64,000 nucleotides of DNA. It comes from Epiperipatus broadwayi. Its lineage: Eukaryota > Animalia > Onychophora. The translations under genes and the position numbers were made by a program. The DNA lies in assembly GCA_028023455.1 (NCBI GenBank), contig JAQFVV010000008.1:1116001-1180000 (forward strand). The letters are read 5' to 3'. The notes under the pieces were generated by a model. It was not told where the DNA came from and made no database searches. It saw nothing but the letters and a program-made list of their open reading frames with translations. Shown here piece after piece: positions 25,694 to 40,910 of the stretch (positions are counted from its first letter, which is position 1; every line of letters starts with the position of its first letter).

Positions 25694-27735
25694 TTTTTTT
25701 TATTGTTAAGAAATAGATTTATTTTGAAAAACTACATGAATTATGGTATATAAATTACTTGAAATTAAGGATTCATAGGTGTCCCACTGCATGTTTGCCC
25801 ATACAAGGGACCTGGTCATATTCAGTCCTATGCTTTTGTCTGCCAGTCTACCCCTGTGCAGTTAACTAGATTCCATGGGATCCAATCATCAATTATTGTG
25901 TAGCTAAACATTTATTTATGGCACCCTGGCTATTACATAATTAAAACCAAGATTTGTCAGATGCATCATGTCACTCTTTGCATTGCAGGGATGTTGTCGT
26001 CCCTTGCAGACATGAATCTGCAAGTGTAGAGGACCCACATTTCCACAACTTTGTCAACCTCAATAGCGCATTTAGGCCACTATTCACAGTTATCTCACTT
26101 ATTACAGCATGATACAGCTTTACCATCCATCTCTATAGTTTAGACAGGATTTTAGTGGTAATATTTGGTATATGGTCTAGAACCATCTGCTCCCAGGTAT
26201 CAGGGAACAGTTTGGCCGGAGCTATTAGATGATCTCTAGTTTTTAACTTACACATGAGTTGCTTGAACACTTCCCATGGAAGTGACACCTGGTGAGCCAT
26301 TTTGTGATAGTATCATGATGGCTATCTGGATTGTGGTGAAAGTACCACTCCCTCATTGCTTTATACATATTCAGTATAGAGGCACATCCTGACTGAACAC
26401 TAGAATGCAGTCTTATTTCAAGATCTACAAATTTCTTGCAGGGAGAGAATGTGTTATCCATTGTCTCTTCATCTTCACCACAGAGGGCACATGTTGGAGC
26501 AATGTTTTTGAACCCTCTGCAATCCATAAATTGCCTTGTGGGAAGCACATTGAGTTGGTATTTTATAATGAAATTCATTAATCTGGGTTCCATGGCTCAA
26601 TATATAGCTTTCTTAAGCAGTGACCTTATGGATACATTTAAGTCTTCCTGGGTTTTTGCTAGCTGGGATACATGTACTTAAACATGTCTCAATCGGTTAT
26701 CTTGTTGCTAAATAGCTGGCCTGTGTCGGGTATGAGCCCCGCCACATAACCCTCCAATTCTGCTATTTGCTTTTTATAGGAGGTGGGGTGGTTCTACTGT
26801 ACTTGTGATTTGAAGTTCTGTGTCTGTCTCTTTTGACACCTTCAGTATGGTTATCACTCTTTGTATGTAAAGTACCTGAACTGCGTGGAACCCAAGACCA
26901 TTCAAATCCTTAAGTTTCCACATTTTCCAAAGATGCAGACTATTTTGTTTGGTGTTTTTTTCCATAGCAGCTGGGTACATGCTGCATTAATGGTGTTCTG
27001 AAAGGTCTTGGTTTGATGATCAGGAGGTAGTATGCAATCTGTGGCAAGACTAACATATTGAGCAGTGTCACCTTGCTTGGGAGTGACAGGGAGATCAAGA
27101 ACAAGCTGCTAATACCTTTTTTAGTCTTCTCTATGAGCATATTTTGTATCTGTTGCCTCATTGTGGATTTTGACAGCACCACTGGGAAACCTAGCAAATT
27201 TTGGGTCATCCCAGTGAATTTAGAATGCCCCAGTGAATTTAGATGTTAGGTTCTTTTCTTTGTTGATTCACCATACTGCAGTTTTCGAAGGATTAACTTT
27301 CAGATGATACTTGGCAGCATATTCATCTAGGAGTTGGTGAAGCTGGGGAAGGAACTTTGCAGATGGAAGGATGATAGTTACATCATCTACATATGAGATA
27401 TGATGTATCACTTCCCCCAGTGCTGGACCATATATGCCAGGCAACTTGTCCTCTATTTCCTTTAAGAGAGGGTCATTGTGTGTCATTTATACAATGAAAC
27501 ATAGGGTGATAAGCGGTCACCCCTGGGGTATAGATATGTGTAGCTGAAACCCTGGGGCAAGAGAGCCATCCAGAGTTATAAGAATTGTTCTATTGAGCAG
27601 CAGGTTGGAAATGATCTTGACATATGTCAAGGGGACCCCAGGCACAGTAAATAGCTGTCCAGGCATCACAGAGTCAAAGGCCATCGCAAAATCCAACTGG
27701 ACAACAATGGGTTAAAATTTCCTCTTCTTCCTGAT
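25694..27735 (-). mobile_element. 5'-truncated, degraded non-LTR retrotransposon (L1/Tx1-like RT and C-terminal zinc-knuckle region)
   Basis: Minus-strand peptides LDFAMAFDSV, SIPQG, SYVDD, KVNPSKT, KVTLLNMLVLPQIAY and CALCGEDEET. An A-rich tail lies near 25694-25701. Confidence 0.8.
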
Positions 27736-28473
27736 GTATTCTGCCAGTATCATGAACTTCTTGAGTGCATCCCTTGTAGAAAGGCCCTTACAGGTGAATT
27801 TGTACCTAGAGATCTTTATTAGCAACTGCTTCTATATCCTATCTTTAGTTATTGATTCTATCATTTTTATAAGGAGAGGTGTTATAGATATTAGGCATAA
27901 ATTTGTAAGACCAGAAGGATTTATTTGCTTTTTTAAAATTGTTAATCAAATTTTGCTAAAATTGCAAGACAATTAAATTAAAAGATTTTGAAGGAATATG
28001 TTTTTGTAATAAAAAAACCAGTAATCTGATTTCAAGGCAATGCAAATAATTCAGACAAAAAGATAGCTTTTTGTAAGGATCTTTAAATTAGTTCTTCTAC
28101 TTCATATTACAGTCTAAGCCTAAGAGAAATTACAACCACATTAATTAAGGGAAAGATTGAGAAAGTGTTCAAACTTGGCAAATCAATTGTCATCAAATTA
28201 AGATAGATATTTAATTAAAAATTTTTCCAAGTTATAAAAAGTTACTCTACACAAGCTATAATTTTAGCAAGGATTGAATTACTTAATACTCATACCATGA
28301 ATAAACATGATTACTTATGCTCACTAGAGTAAATTAATGTTTGGAAGTTTTTTCTAATCATACAGCTTGAAGTGATTGAGACCCAGCTTAGTCATCTATA
28401 GAACCTCTACAAAAATTATTAGATTGCCTACAAATGGATAATTAAATTACAAGTCTAATAATTTAAAAGCTAT

Positions 28474-30750
28474 TGTAACGGTAAGAAAAGTAGAACTGCT
28501 TTAACCTAACGTAGAGATGCAGATAGAGGGGGTCCGAACCTCACCTACTCCTCTAGATTGCTACTAAGCGACTTACTCCCCAAACCTCACTAGAATTTAA
28601 TCTTAATGTATGCCCGGTGGTCAGGGAGAGAAGAGACCACGAAAAGGAATTTTTACATATATAATGATCAGATGTACATATGTATGTTACAAAAGAAAAC
28701 AATACTAAGTGGTTTTATTTATAGTGAATGAAAGATAACACAAACTTTTATTATTTACATTAAAAGAATTCATACAATGTTTTATTAAAAGTGTCACAGG
28801 CTATTTTCACTGCAACCGGATAGACATATTTGAAAGATCCATTGATTGTAATGATAAGAACAGACAAAATTTTACATTATCATTTCTTTCTTTAAAATAT
28901 TTCAGCCAATGGAAGTGTTACGTAAAAGAAATCAAGAGAGAGAGAGAGAGATGATTCATTAACTCTGTGGTTGGAGAACATAGAAATAAATAGGTGGTCA
29001 AACTCAACTAAACACTTTGGACAGGTTTAAATCACCGCCCTACTTATGATTTAAGAAGAATGATAAAGTGACCCCAACAGGAATTTCCAGCTATAATTGA
29101 AACATTTCGATGATATTTTGAGAAAGATTTCCTAATAAATATAAATATATAAGACCATGCACACAGGCGATAGCATATAGTGGGCTGTGAGGCTCGAGAC
29201 ATAACAGTTACCAAGAGGTTAACACAAGACCAGATAGCTCTCCATCTCTAAACTAGGTTAGAGAGAAAAATGGAATCCGTTCGCTAAACGTGTGACCCGG
29301 ATTCAGGATCGGAGTTTTTGTAGCTTATGTCCAGTTACGTACATTTAAGGAACTGAGATCGACATGAGATCCCGAACAATTTATTTATTTTTCAGAAGGT
29401 CCAAATGTAGGTATGTTAACCTAAGCAAACTTGGCAAAAGAAGCACTGTAATTTATGCTGAGCGGCCCAGTAGATCACCCGAGGCACGATACCATATAAA
29501 TACGGTCAACGACCTTTAAATTTAAAAAAGAAACCCTCTGCAAAATATATATCTTAGGAAAGCTCAACTATCACTGAAAATCCGCAGAAAAATAGTAACT
29601 TCACCTTTATAAAATTTGAATTAATAAAAAGAACAAGTGGGCGGATATTTTATTTATTTAGTTGAAATTTAACCCATTCACCACTAAGCCAATGCTATTT
29701 AATAATTTTTTAATACATATTGTCAAAATGTACTCTCTCTTAGTACTAAAATATAAATGCGAACGTTTTATTTCAAGCTCTTTAAAATATAACTTTAAAT
29801 TTGTAACCCTTCATTGACTAAAATATACTGGCATTTGATAAGGATCTTTCTTTTATATGTATATAAAAAAAACTAAGTTAAAGTTTGGAAAGTTTTATAA
29901 TAGAATATCTAGCAATTTAAATCTTGATTTTAAAATAGAGTTTTGCACTTTCTATGATTTGCTTCCTTTTCTTTCTAAATAAATATTTATATAAAATAAA
30001 TAATTTGATTACGGGAGTATAATGGTGGAAAGTTAAACGAAGCATTTTTCAATTAAATTAATAAGAATTACCGCCACCATTATATGTAATAACCCTACCA
30101 CCCATTAAAGTATTTAAAAAAAAAAGAAAGCAATTAATGAAATATAATTTCACAAGACTCGAATACATAGATTTAAAAAAACAGATATATATATAGAAAA
30201 GCATAAATATACATTGAATTTGCAAATTACAAATATATTTTAATAATTTATGGGAACGTTACCGGTAACTAGATGGGTGGGTCAAAATGAGTTCATTTGA
30301 TGTTTCCCCGCTGGTCTTCTCGGTTCTTCAAATTTGTTTTTCCATGTTTTTGAGGGCAGATTTTTTCACGGATACAGGGCAGATACTTTTGTTCTCTGGC
30401 TGGCTTACATGATTATGACTCCGACCTCAGGAACATCTCAGGAGAGCGAAGGCAAAGAAGTTACCCCTGCATTTTTGCAGAGCAACACATTTCTGGATTT
30501 TTTTATTTATATGCCGAAAGAATAGAGTGCAGCTTGAAGTAAGTACAGCAAGCAAGAGTTCGCTATATTGTCCAATCTTTCAGCAAAATTTCTTCCAACA
30601 AAATTCTTAAGATTTCTCTCTGACCTTCAGCACAGGTTACCAGCAAGCATCAGACCAAGAACAAAAGAAAAGTTCTTTATTTATACCTTTTTTCCATTAT
30701 GTTTTTAATCTGCTAATTAGTAGCGAATCATGCCCGTTGTTTCAAATTTT
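28474..30750 (-). mobile_element. LTR-like element (distal end uncertain)
   Basis: TGTAACGG terminus at 28474, CpG-containing non-coding body, minus-strand poly(A)-signal-like motifs near 28750-28790. Confidence 0.4.
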
Positions 30751-31980
30751 TCCTGTTATCTATTTTTATCTAATTCAGAAAAATGTTTTACTAATTAAAT
30801 TCCTTTTCCTAATGGATTCTATTTAATTAAGAAAATTTATCTTATCGAATTCTTGCAAATATAATTTTAACTTTCTATATTTTATTTTATTAAATCTTTT
30901 CTCTTTAACACAATTTCCTCTTTAATTTAGGCAACTATTTGAGAAAACGATAAATTTAGTTTGAAAAAGAAACATACATTCACTGTGGTTGGACTTAGGG
31001 TCTTAGTTAGTCCACAGTGAATGGTGAAGCCAGCATATATATATATTTATATATATATGCACAGCTTCACTATCAATACATTTATTTCAACCAAGGGAAA
31101 AAAAAATCATATAATTAAATTGCAAAGCCCCACTACCTCATTAAGCTATCGATAAATTATCCTAACAGCAGTAAATCACAAAGTATAATTACAATACAAG
31201 CCCTGAAAATATTGGTAAACAATGCTAACTGAACATATTAGCTGTAAAATTTTAAAGACTCTGAGCATATATCAAGAAAAGATACTAAGATAAAAATGAA
31301 TATGGTTACTAAAAATTCTATAAAAGAAGAATCTGACTTCAGTAAATGTATATACAAATTTTGCAAATTCAGTGAGATGAGGCATTTAATTTTTTTTTAT
31401 ATAAAAACTTACAAATTTGATATTGGCTGCAGAAAAAAGTCTGCTGTTAAGTGCTTTCAAGTTTTAAAGAAACCAAGTAGAGCATATTCTTGTTGTTGCT
31501 GCTGTTTTTACTATATGATTATTCATATAGTATATGCACATGAATGGACTGCTCACTAATATGCTAGTGTTGGCTTTTTATTCTGAGTTTAAGAATCAAT
31601 GAAATCAATAGAAAATATCATTAATACAATATTAAGACTACAACAAGGATAACTGGTATAAAAAAGTAGCAATTGACCAATAAAATTTCTACTGAAACCA
31701 GACAATTTATAAACAAAAAAAGAAACATGAAAATTATATAAAAATGATTCATTACGAAAAAATGAATATCAGAGTATTGTAAAATGATACAAAAAAGAGT
31801 AAGAAAATATAATTGTGAATTAGGAAGGAAAGTTATAGAAGATAAAAGTTTAAAAGAACATCTTGATATTGATAGGAAACACTTCTGCAATAAGAAAAGA
31901 TGGAACTATTACTAAAAAGAGTGATGACATCCTGAAGTGTAATAATTAAATACATGTATAGTGTTTATATTTTAAGCTAG

Positions 31981-32500
31981 ATGTAATTAGAGGGGATTTG
32001 AATCCAGACTTTCAAGCTCCCTTTAGTCATCCATTCCATCTTATACAACCAATGCATGAATTTAATTACTATGTATTCAGCATGTATTCTGCCTATCCTT
32101 CTGTGTATTTAAATAGACTTACAGTCCTACATAGGAGGGGTCAGATGAACTTATGGTCAACATGGGTATGACACAATTAAAAGTGGACATGAGCTTTGAA
32201 AATGCCATCATTAGATTTTCAATGGTATGGATGGATGAAGCATTAGAGAATGGAGAAGATTGAAACCTTTCCATTAAAGTTTGAAAATTAGCTACCAATA
32301 TAAAACGAGCATTGATTTTATATATATGTGTGAGAGATAATGATCTGTACTAACTGATGAGTTGCTGGTTCAGCATGAAATATATATAGTGATTATTTAT
32401 CCTTTCCACATGTATGTTGTCATATGTATCAATTGTATAAGGTAGAATGGATAACTAAAGGGAGATTGAAAGTCTGGGTTCAAATTCCCTCTAATTACAT
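31981..32500. mobile_element. Family-2 element with ~70-bp terminal inverted repeats containing a B-box-like motif
   Basis: ATGTAATTAGAGGGGATTTGAATCCAGACTTTC... at the left mirrors ...GAAAGTCTGGGTTCAAATTCCCTCTAATTACAT at the right. The interior is shared with 40555-40910. Confidence 0.7.
32349..32390 (+). ncRNA. Minimal type-I hammerhead ribozyme-like motif (probably decayed)
   Basis: ACTA-a-CTGATGA-g-t-TGCTG-gtt-CAGCA-t-GAAA-TATATA-TAGT: conserved cores, a stem II, a palindromic stem III and stem I ACTA/TAGT. The T before GAAA fits CpG decay. Confidence 0.55.
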
Positions 32501-32559
32501 AAAGGAATTTTAAAAAAATATCTCTTTACAACTATTACATCTTTTGAATTGCTCAGCAT

Positions 32560-33420
32560 TTTAAATGAAAAAACGAAACATGAAATTAAATTTATGAAAA
32601 AGGGAAATGCTCCAGGTAATGATGGTATTATAATCAATATTTTAAAAGAAGGAGGTGTAGAAATAGAAACATTGTTTGCAAAGTTTTATACCAAATGTCT
32701 AAATGATAAATAATCTATTAGATGATTGGAAGAATGCAACACTAATATTGATATTTAAAAAAATATGTCAAAGAAGATAATATAAATTACAGATCTATTA
32801 ATCTTTTATCAGTTATATACAAAATTTTTACCAAGACAATTACAATTCATCTATAGCAAACTTTGAATTATAACCAACCAAACGAACAAGCTAGATTAAC
32901 AGTAATTTTAGCTCAGTAGATAATATTTAACTATTGAGAGAACCTATGGAATAGACCAATGAAAATGAGCACAATAATACTTGATTTGTAGATTATGAAA
33001 AGACATTTGATTCTATAAGCATTTCTTCAGTGATTAAAATATTATATAAACCCAGGATATGATCAAAATTTGAAGAGTATTTCTCAAAATGCATCAGTAG
33101 TGATTATATTACATCATGATACTAAGAAGATTTATATTAAGAAGTGTGTTGACTCAATATCTCCAAAAATTTTTTCTTCGGTTTTACAAGAAGTATTTTG
33201 TGAATTAAAATGGGAAGCTAAAAAGGTGAAAATAAATGGAGATAATTTAAGTCATCCAGATTTTGCAAAAGATATAGTTGTTTTTGCAAATAATGCTTTA
33301 GAAAATATTACAAAGTATTATCAGATGAAAGTCAAAAAGTAGGATTAAAGATAGATGCTAAAAAAATACTAAAGTAATGATCAATGGATTTTCTCATAAG
33401 AAGAAAATAATTACCATTAT
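32560..33420 (+). mobile_element. Degraded RTE-clade LINE reverse-transcriptase fragment
   Basis: KGNAPGNDGI..ILKEGG, WKNATLILIFKK, NYRSINLLSVIYKIFTK, QPNEQA and DYEKTFDSI, broken by frameshifts. Confidence 0.85.
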
Positions 33421-33439
33421 TATTATTATTAACACTTTT

Positions 33440-35215
<1,776 letters not shown>

Positions 35216-35219
35216 TAAT

Positions 35220-36900
35220 GAGAGAAATTCAACAGGCAGCATATCTGAATATTAAGAAAATCTGGAAATGGATCAAACATTTACCAGGGAAATATGCATC
35301 AGGAATCTTTAGCCCATGATAGAACAAATAATTGGACAAACCAGGAATATATTCACCTAATAACATAGAAAGTTATTATTGGAGAACTGATCAAGATCTT
35401 CAGTCTATTAAAGCAGGATGCAGTTATACTTCTGACGAAGAGAACAAAAATAAACACTGAAACTGAGAAAGAAGATACCTTGAAGAAATTGGGGGTAAAT
35501 ATTCGAAAGCATTATAGCTTTGCCTTCAATGCTGATGGTGAATGATGATAATCTTAAAAGCACAGGGATGCAATGTGTTTATGATCTCCAATGTTTTATC
35601 TGCACTGCATCTACCTATGATTTAAACTTTTTCAAATAAGCCGTTAAGAGGAGCTGGGCTTTTAATCAGCAGAATACTGTATTATCTACCAGGCACAGAA
35701 TTGTGTCATGAGTCTAGAGCCTATAAGACTCATGAAGGAAATGAACAAGATATTCCACATTTTCAAACATTCTTTTGATCATTTTTTTTCTCAATGTGCC
35801 CTCTGGGTAGTAAGTTGTGTTTGAACTTAAACTGAGATAGTCCTTATAGCACTTGTGTTGCATTGCAAACTTGTTTTCTGTAATAAACTCTGTCCATGAT
35901 GCTGGAAGCAGGCAGGAAAATATTAGGCCAATAGTTATCCCATCTTCAAAAATAACATCAAATATGTAAAGGTGATGGAAGTTTTTGAGGAGGGATTGTA
36001 GTGATGCATGAATCTGCTTTCCATGTTAATGGGTGGGTAATTCAGTGGGGCTGCTCAGATACATTGTGTTCATGATGCTCCAAAATATATTCTCAGCACC
36101 ATTCAAACCTAGGGATAGAGGTCTGGGATAAGTAATAGGGGAATAGACCTGGGGCCCAGGAATAGATAAACCCCTAAGACTTGCATGATGATGAGCAGGG
36201 CTGGCCCAGTGTCAAAAATATTCTATTTATACTTGGATGGTCTCTCTAGTTACAGGAGTGGTAGTGCTAAAATGTGAGGTATTTTCTCACATCATGGTGC
36301 ATTGTGTACCGGTAGTCCATGCTTAAGCATATATTTATCCTGACATTGGGAGCTACAATTCATGTATTTACTTTTCCCCCATCTAACCTTTCCTACTTCT
36401 TCAACATCATTAACCCAGATCAACTTATGCCAAACATAGCTCAGGAAACATGAGATTCCCATGAACAAAGGCACTGATTGATGAATGATATGAAATGAAA
36501 CTGACAACATATGCGGGACAACGAGACTAACACTAAAGGACTAAATTATGAAGAGTTAAGCAGGGAAGAACCTCAATAAATGATTCCTCACCTAGGAGTT
36601 CTAGCAATAAGCTAAGGAGTTGGAACAAAACAAATATAAAACAATGGCTAATATGATTTGTGACTGGGAAGAGGGAGTGCCCCAATATAGTGTACAGCAA
36701 TGCCCCATAATTAAGATTATGATAGAGGGTATTATTGTTGAGACTGCTGGAGTCAGGTGTTAGTGATCTCTGAAGAGTTGTATGCACAAATGAAACTGAT
36801 AAATCCTGATATTAAAACCCTTACCCATCAAGGCAACTCACATCAACACTGAGTAACACCAATCATTCTTTCCTTCCAACAATATCCTCATCAGAAAATA
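35220..36900 (+). mobile_element. Degraded Gypsy-type gag-protease remnant
   Basis: About 36705-36840 reads CPIIKIMIEGIIVE / LLESG...ELYAQMKLINPDIKTL across frameshifts, resembling a retroviral aspartic protease (LLDSG). The upstream gag assignment is weaker. Confidence 0.5.
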
Positions 36901-37999
36901 ACCACCAGAAAGAGAGGAAACCCCAGTCTGGTTACAATATATATATATGTCTTATTTGATATAGTAAATCTCTTAGTAAATAAATTGACTTTAAATCATC
37001 TGCATACATCCCTAGAGAATGTCATATCTCTTCTGGATAAGACACACAGTGCACATATCTATGCAGAACTAATTGGTAGAAACAAATCTCAACTTATGAA
37101 AACATGAGGTCTTTTTTTTTCAATCACAATATTGCTAGTAATATATAAAAAAATAATGAATTGAGAATAGAGCTAAAACTAAATTATTAGTTTTAAACAA
37201 AAAATGACTAGTGGATTGGTTAATGTATATAAATTGTACAAGACAGAATATGAAGAGCTGCATGTGTAAATGAATTAATCAATGTGCTTCTGAGTGCATA
37301 CTATTTGCAAATGCTAGTTCTAATAATTTTATTAAAATATCTAAGTCGATAAATTAATTTTTTTTCAATTGTACAATAAGAAAATAATTTAGGATGCACT
37401 TTAAAATATAACTGCATATCAAGAATATTAAACATGTTTCATTCACAAGAGAAAAATATTTAAAATATAACTTTATGAACAATAAATAAATGAAAAAATA
37501 TGTATATAATAGAGCTCTTTTTTTTCATAAGTTTTTAATATAATAACAATCCTTAACATAATCTTCTATTCTTATCACTTTTATACCATTACTATAAGTT
37601 TTAGTAAGCAATAGATGTCATAGTATTGCTTAATAAATCCCTATCCAGTCCAGTGTTATCCTAACCAAATATCTTCTGACTAATTTGTATACTATAGCTC
37701 TCATGAGTAAGGAACTTTTTGAACTTCTTTAATCATTTGGATCTAATACACCTTACCTTTATTAGCCATTGTTACCTTTTTATTATACTATTGAGCCTAC
37801 CAGCTCAAATGAAAAAAAATTGTTTTGATCCAAACTTCTTTGCTTGCATAATTATACTGATCTGAAAGCAGTTCAGTTTCTATTTATTGTAAAAGCTTTA
37901 ATTTTATAACCTTGGACACCTTTATTCTTTGTCCAGAAATGGTATTATACCATTAAGACATCACATAACTAGTTATCACATTACAGTTTGAGCTAATAG

Positions 38000-38720
38000 T
38001 TTGACAGTATAACAAAAAATTGAATAATGACTGCTAGAGGAAAAGTATGTTAGATTGAAAGGTTCAAATGCACTGCTCAATAAAATCCAAAAAGTTTTCA
38101 CTGATGAAATCCATAAGTTAAAAACATCTGGAAATATTTGGATAGGACAGCACTGGATGTGGATTTAGTAAGCACTATCATCTGGAATGTATTGATTGCT
38201 AAATCTTACACTAAATGGCATAAGAATAATGAGAATAGAAGATTATGCTAATGAATAGCAGGATATAAGCAAACACAATGTGGTAACTAGTTAATCATGT
38301 GATGTTTTAGTGGTATAATAACATTTCTAAAAAAGAATAAAGATGTCTATAAAAAAAACTAAGACCCCATAATATATAGAAACAACTGTTTTCAGATCTG
38401 TACAACTATTCATGGAAATAGGCTTGAAAAAAAATTATAAGCTTTTCAGTTTGGACTGGTAGCTTGACAGTATAACAAAAGAGTTAAAAAATGGCTATTA
38501 GAGAAAAGGTGCATTAGATCTAAAGATCTAACTGCACTGTTAAAAAAATATTCAAAAAGCTCATTGATGAATGTCAAGCAATGAAAGGACAACAATGGAT
38601 GGTGATTTATTAAGCATTACTATCTGGCACCCTATTATTTATTAAAGCTTACAGTAAGTAGCATAAAAGTGATGAGAATAGAAGATTATACTAATGAATA
38701 GCAGGATGCAAGCACAGGTA
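38000..38720 (+). repeat. Diverged direct repeat, two ~280-bp copies, period ~460 bp
   Basis: TTGACAGTATAACAAAA...GAGAATAGAAGATTAT(G/A)CTAATGAATAGCAGGAT occurs at ~38002 and ~38464. Confidence 0.7.
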
Positions 38721-39928
38721 AAAGCTAGTTGGTCATGTGAAAATAAGTCTTGTTTATATATTTTACATTTAAGGTTTCATGAAAGCTTTTCCTTGTATAG
38801 GAATTCTAGTGTATAAACGTGAATTAATTAGTAAAGTTTTTGACAATTTGATGGATTCATTTCATATTTAAGATGAAGATAGTTATTTTGCAATTTAGTT
38901 GGACTATATTTGTGAATGCACACAATTGCATTTAGGCAACATAGAAGCATAAATCCATTAATTTTGCATTATTAGTATCTGTCTTCATACTTGGAATAAA
39001 ATTCACAATAGACTTTATGAAAATTATGATTTGTACTTGTGATGAAATTTCCACATAGAATTCTTGGGTTGCTTATTAGAGGTAGCAAATAATTTCAAGA
39101 GTTTTTTAGCCAATATTATTTTCAAATAACAGCAATAATGATTATTTTTAATCATCTACACTCTTGCGCTCTTTGATCAACATCTTAACTGCTACTAATA
39201 AATATTGTTATTGAATTAAAAAATTAATGTTCATATTTTCAGGGCCCTTTCATATGTTCTCAATATATTATTGATAAAAAAAAACTGACATCTTTGATCA
39301 AGTCAAAACATTTGGAAAATAAGTAATTAGTTTAATAAAAAAAAAAAAAAACAATTTCTGTCCATTTTTCCAATTGAAATTATAAATTTTATTATTTTGA
39401 AAGCTAATATATTTTAAAATTAACATCATAAAATTAATATAGAATTTTTTTTTTTAACCTGAAGAAGAAAAATAATAATTTCACAATTAAAAGTATTAAA
39501 TTTTTACAATATAAAAAATATTTTAAATGGATAATATGGAGCTGGTTATTGTCTCTATATTCTTGATTACACATTGATGTGCCACATTATGTGATGCTGA
39601 CATTATTAATATATGTAAAATAAATATGATATGCTGTCTACTTTTTTAATATATTTTGAGTATGCAAAAAGTAAATCAAAATGAAAACTTTGATTTGGAG
39701 AAAATTGATTTAAACCAATGGATACTATATTCTTTGGGTTAAATTCATTTAATTAACTTTCTCTTATCTCCATAGTCATAGCTAGGCTTAAAATTAAACT
39801 TAGTTGATAATCACATACTGCATGTAAAAGTGATAAAATATCTGAAATAGAAAGTATATTTGAAAACAAAGAATATGTTTAACAACTGTTTTTAAAAAAA
39901 ATGATAAAATAGAAATAAATATGGCATG

Positions 39929-40413
39929 TAAGATGTGATATGTTGGACTATTTCCATCATTTATGAGTGAATGTTGAATGTATAGAAAATTTTAAACTTT
40001 TCAAATACAAACAACTTGTTAGTAATAACATACAAATAGAAAAAAAATTGAAGGATCCAGGAGGATTTGAACCAACCCTCATATATAAATATATCAAATT
40101 TCTACTATATGTTGACTTTGACAGAATAGTTCAGTTAGTAGAGTGTTTGCCTTAAAATTCAATATTCAAGAATCTAAAGGTGCAAGTTCAACTTCTAAGC
40201 AAATATTGTCACTGTGGATATAGGCCAGCAACACCTGAAGAAGAGTGGAGAATAATACTACTCGAAATGTGTAATTACTAACCTGTATTGTCTATTTGGG
40301 TATTATTACTAACAAGTTGTTTGTATTTGGAAAGTTTAAATAAAGCTTAAAATTTTCTTTACATTCAACATTCACTCATAAATGATGGAAATAATCCAAC
40401 ATATCACATCTTA
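39929..40413. mobile_element. Family-1 element, copy B: inverted termini around a tRNA-like module (40120-40211) and a hammerhead motif
   Basis: The outer ~55 bp of the two ends are near-perfect inverted repeats (TAAGATGTGATATGTTGGA... / ...TCCAACATATCACATCTTA). GACAG/TTGTC acceptor-like ends. Confidence 0.72.
40231..40272 (+). ncRNA. Penelope-type minimal hammerhead ribozyme motif (decayed)
   Basis: ACAC-CTGAAGA-A-GAGTGG-agaataata-CTACTC-GAAA-t-GTGT. Stem II is GAGTGG/CTACTC and stem I is ACAC/GTGT. This copy lacks 3 nt of stem III relative to 44361-44405 (-) and 44609-44655 (+). Confidence 0.6.
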
Positions 40414-40554
40414 TAATATACCATCATTACAAACCTTCAGACAAATATGGAATGTATTGTGCAAATATATGTAAACTGATATGTTTATTTTTGTCCAAAT
40501 TATTTTCACTTCTAATATTATGTGGTATACACAGATATATAATAAGCCTGTGTT

Positions 40555-40910
40555 TCAGTTATTACATAGTAGAGATGTCTGTCCATCCCTTGTATATGTA
40601 TTAAATGGATTATGTCCTGTACATGAGGGGTCAGATTGACTTTAGGACAACATGGGTGTGACAAGAATCTCGGCCTCAGCATGGCCTTTGAAGAGTTGGA
40701 GTGTGGAGTAGATTGAAGCCTGTCCATTAAAGTATAAAGATTGGCTATCTTAATATATATCTGAGCACTTATTGCATATATGTATAGAAATGGTAATCTG
40801 GATCAACTGATTATTTATCTTTTTTACATATATGTGTTCAAGTATATCAGTGTTATGAGATGGAGTGGAAAGTGGTGGATCATGTGAAAGTCTCTGCTCA
40901 TATACCCTAT
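40555..40910 (+). mobile_element. Family-2 element, partial copy lacking the hammerhead core
   Basis: GAGGGGTCAGAT...CAACATGGGT and GATTGAAGCCTGTCCATTAAAG are shared with 32130-32300. Confidence 0.55.

Noticed and set aside
39458-39490. CCTGAAGAAG motif as another hammerhead
   Set aside because: No GAAA core or stem I partner; low-complexity context.
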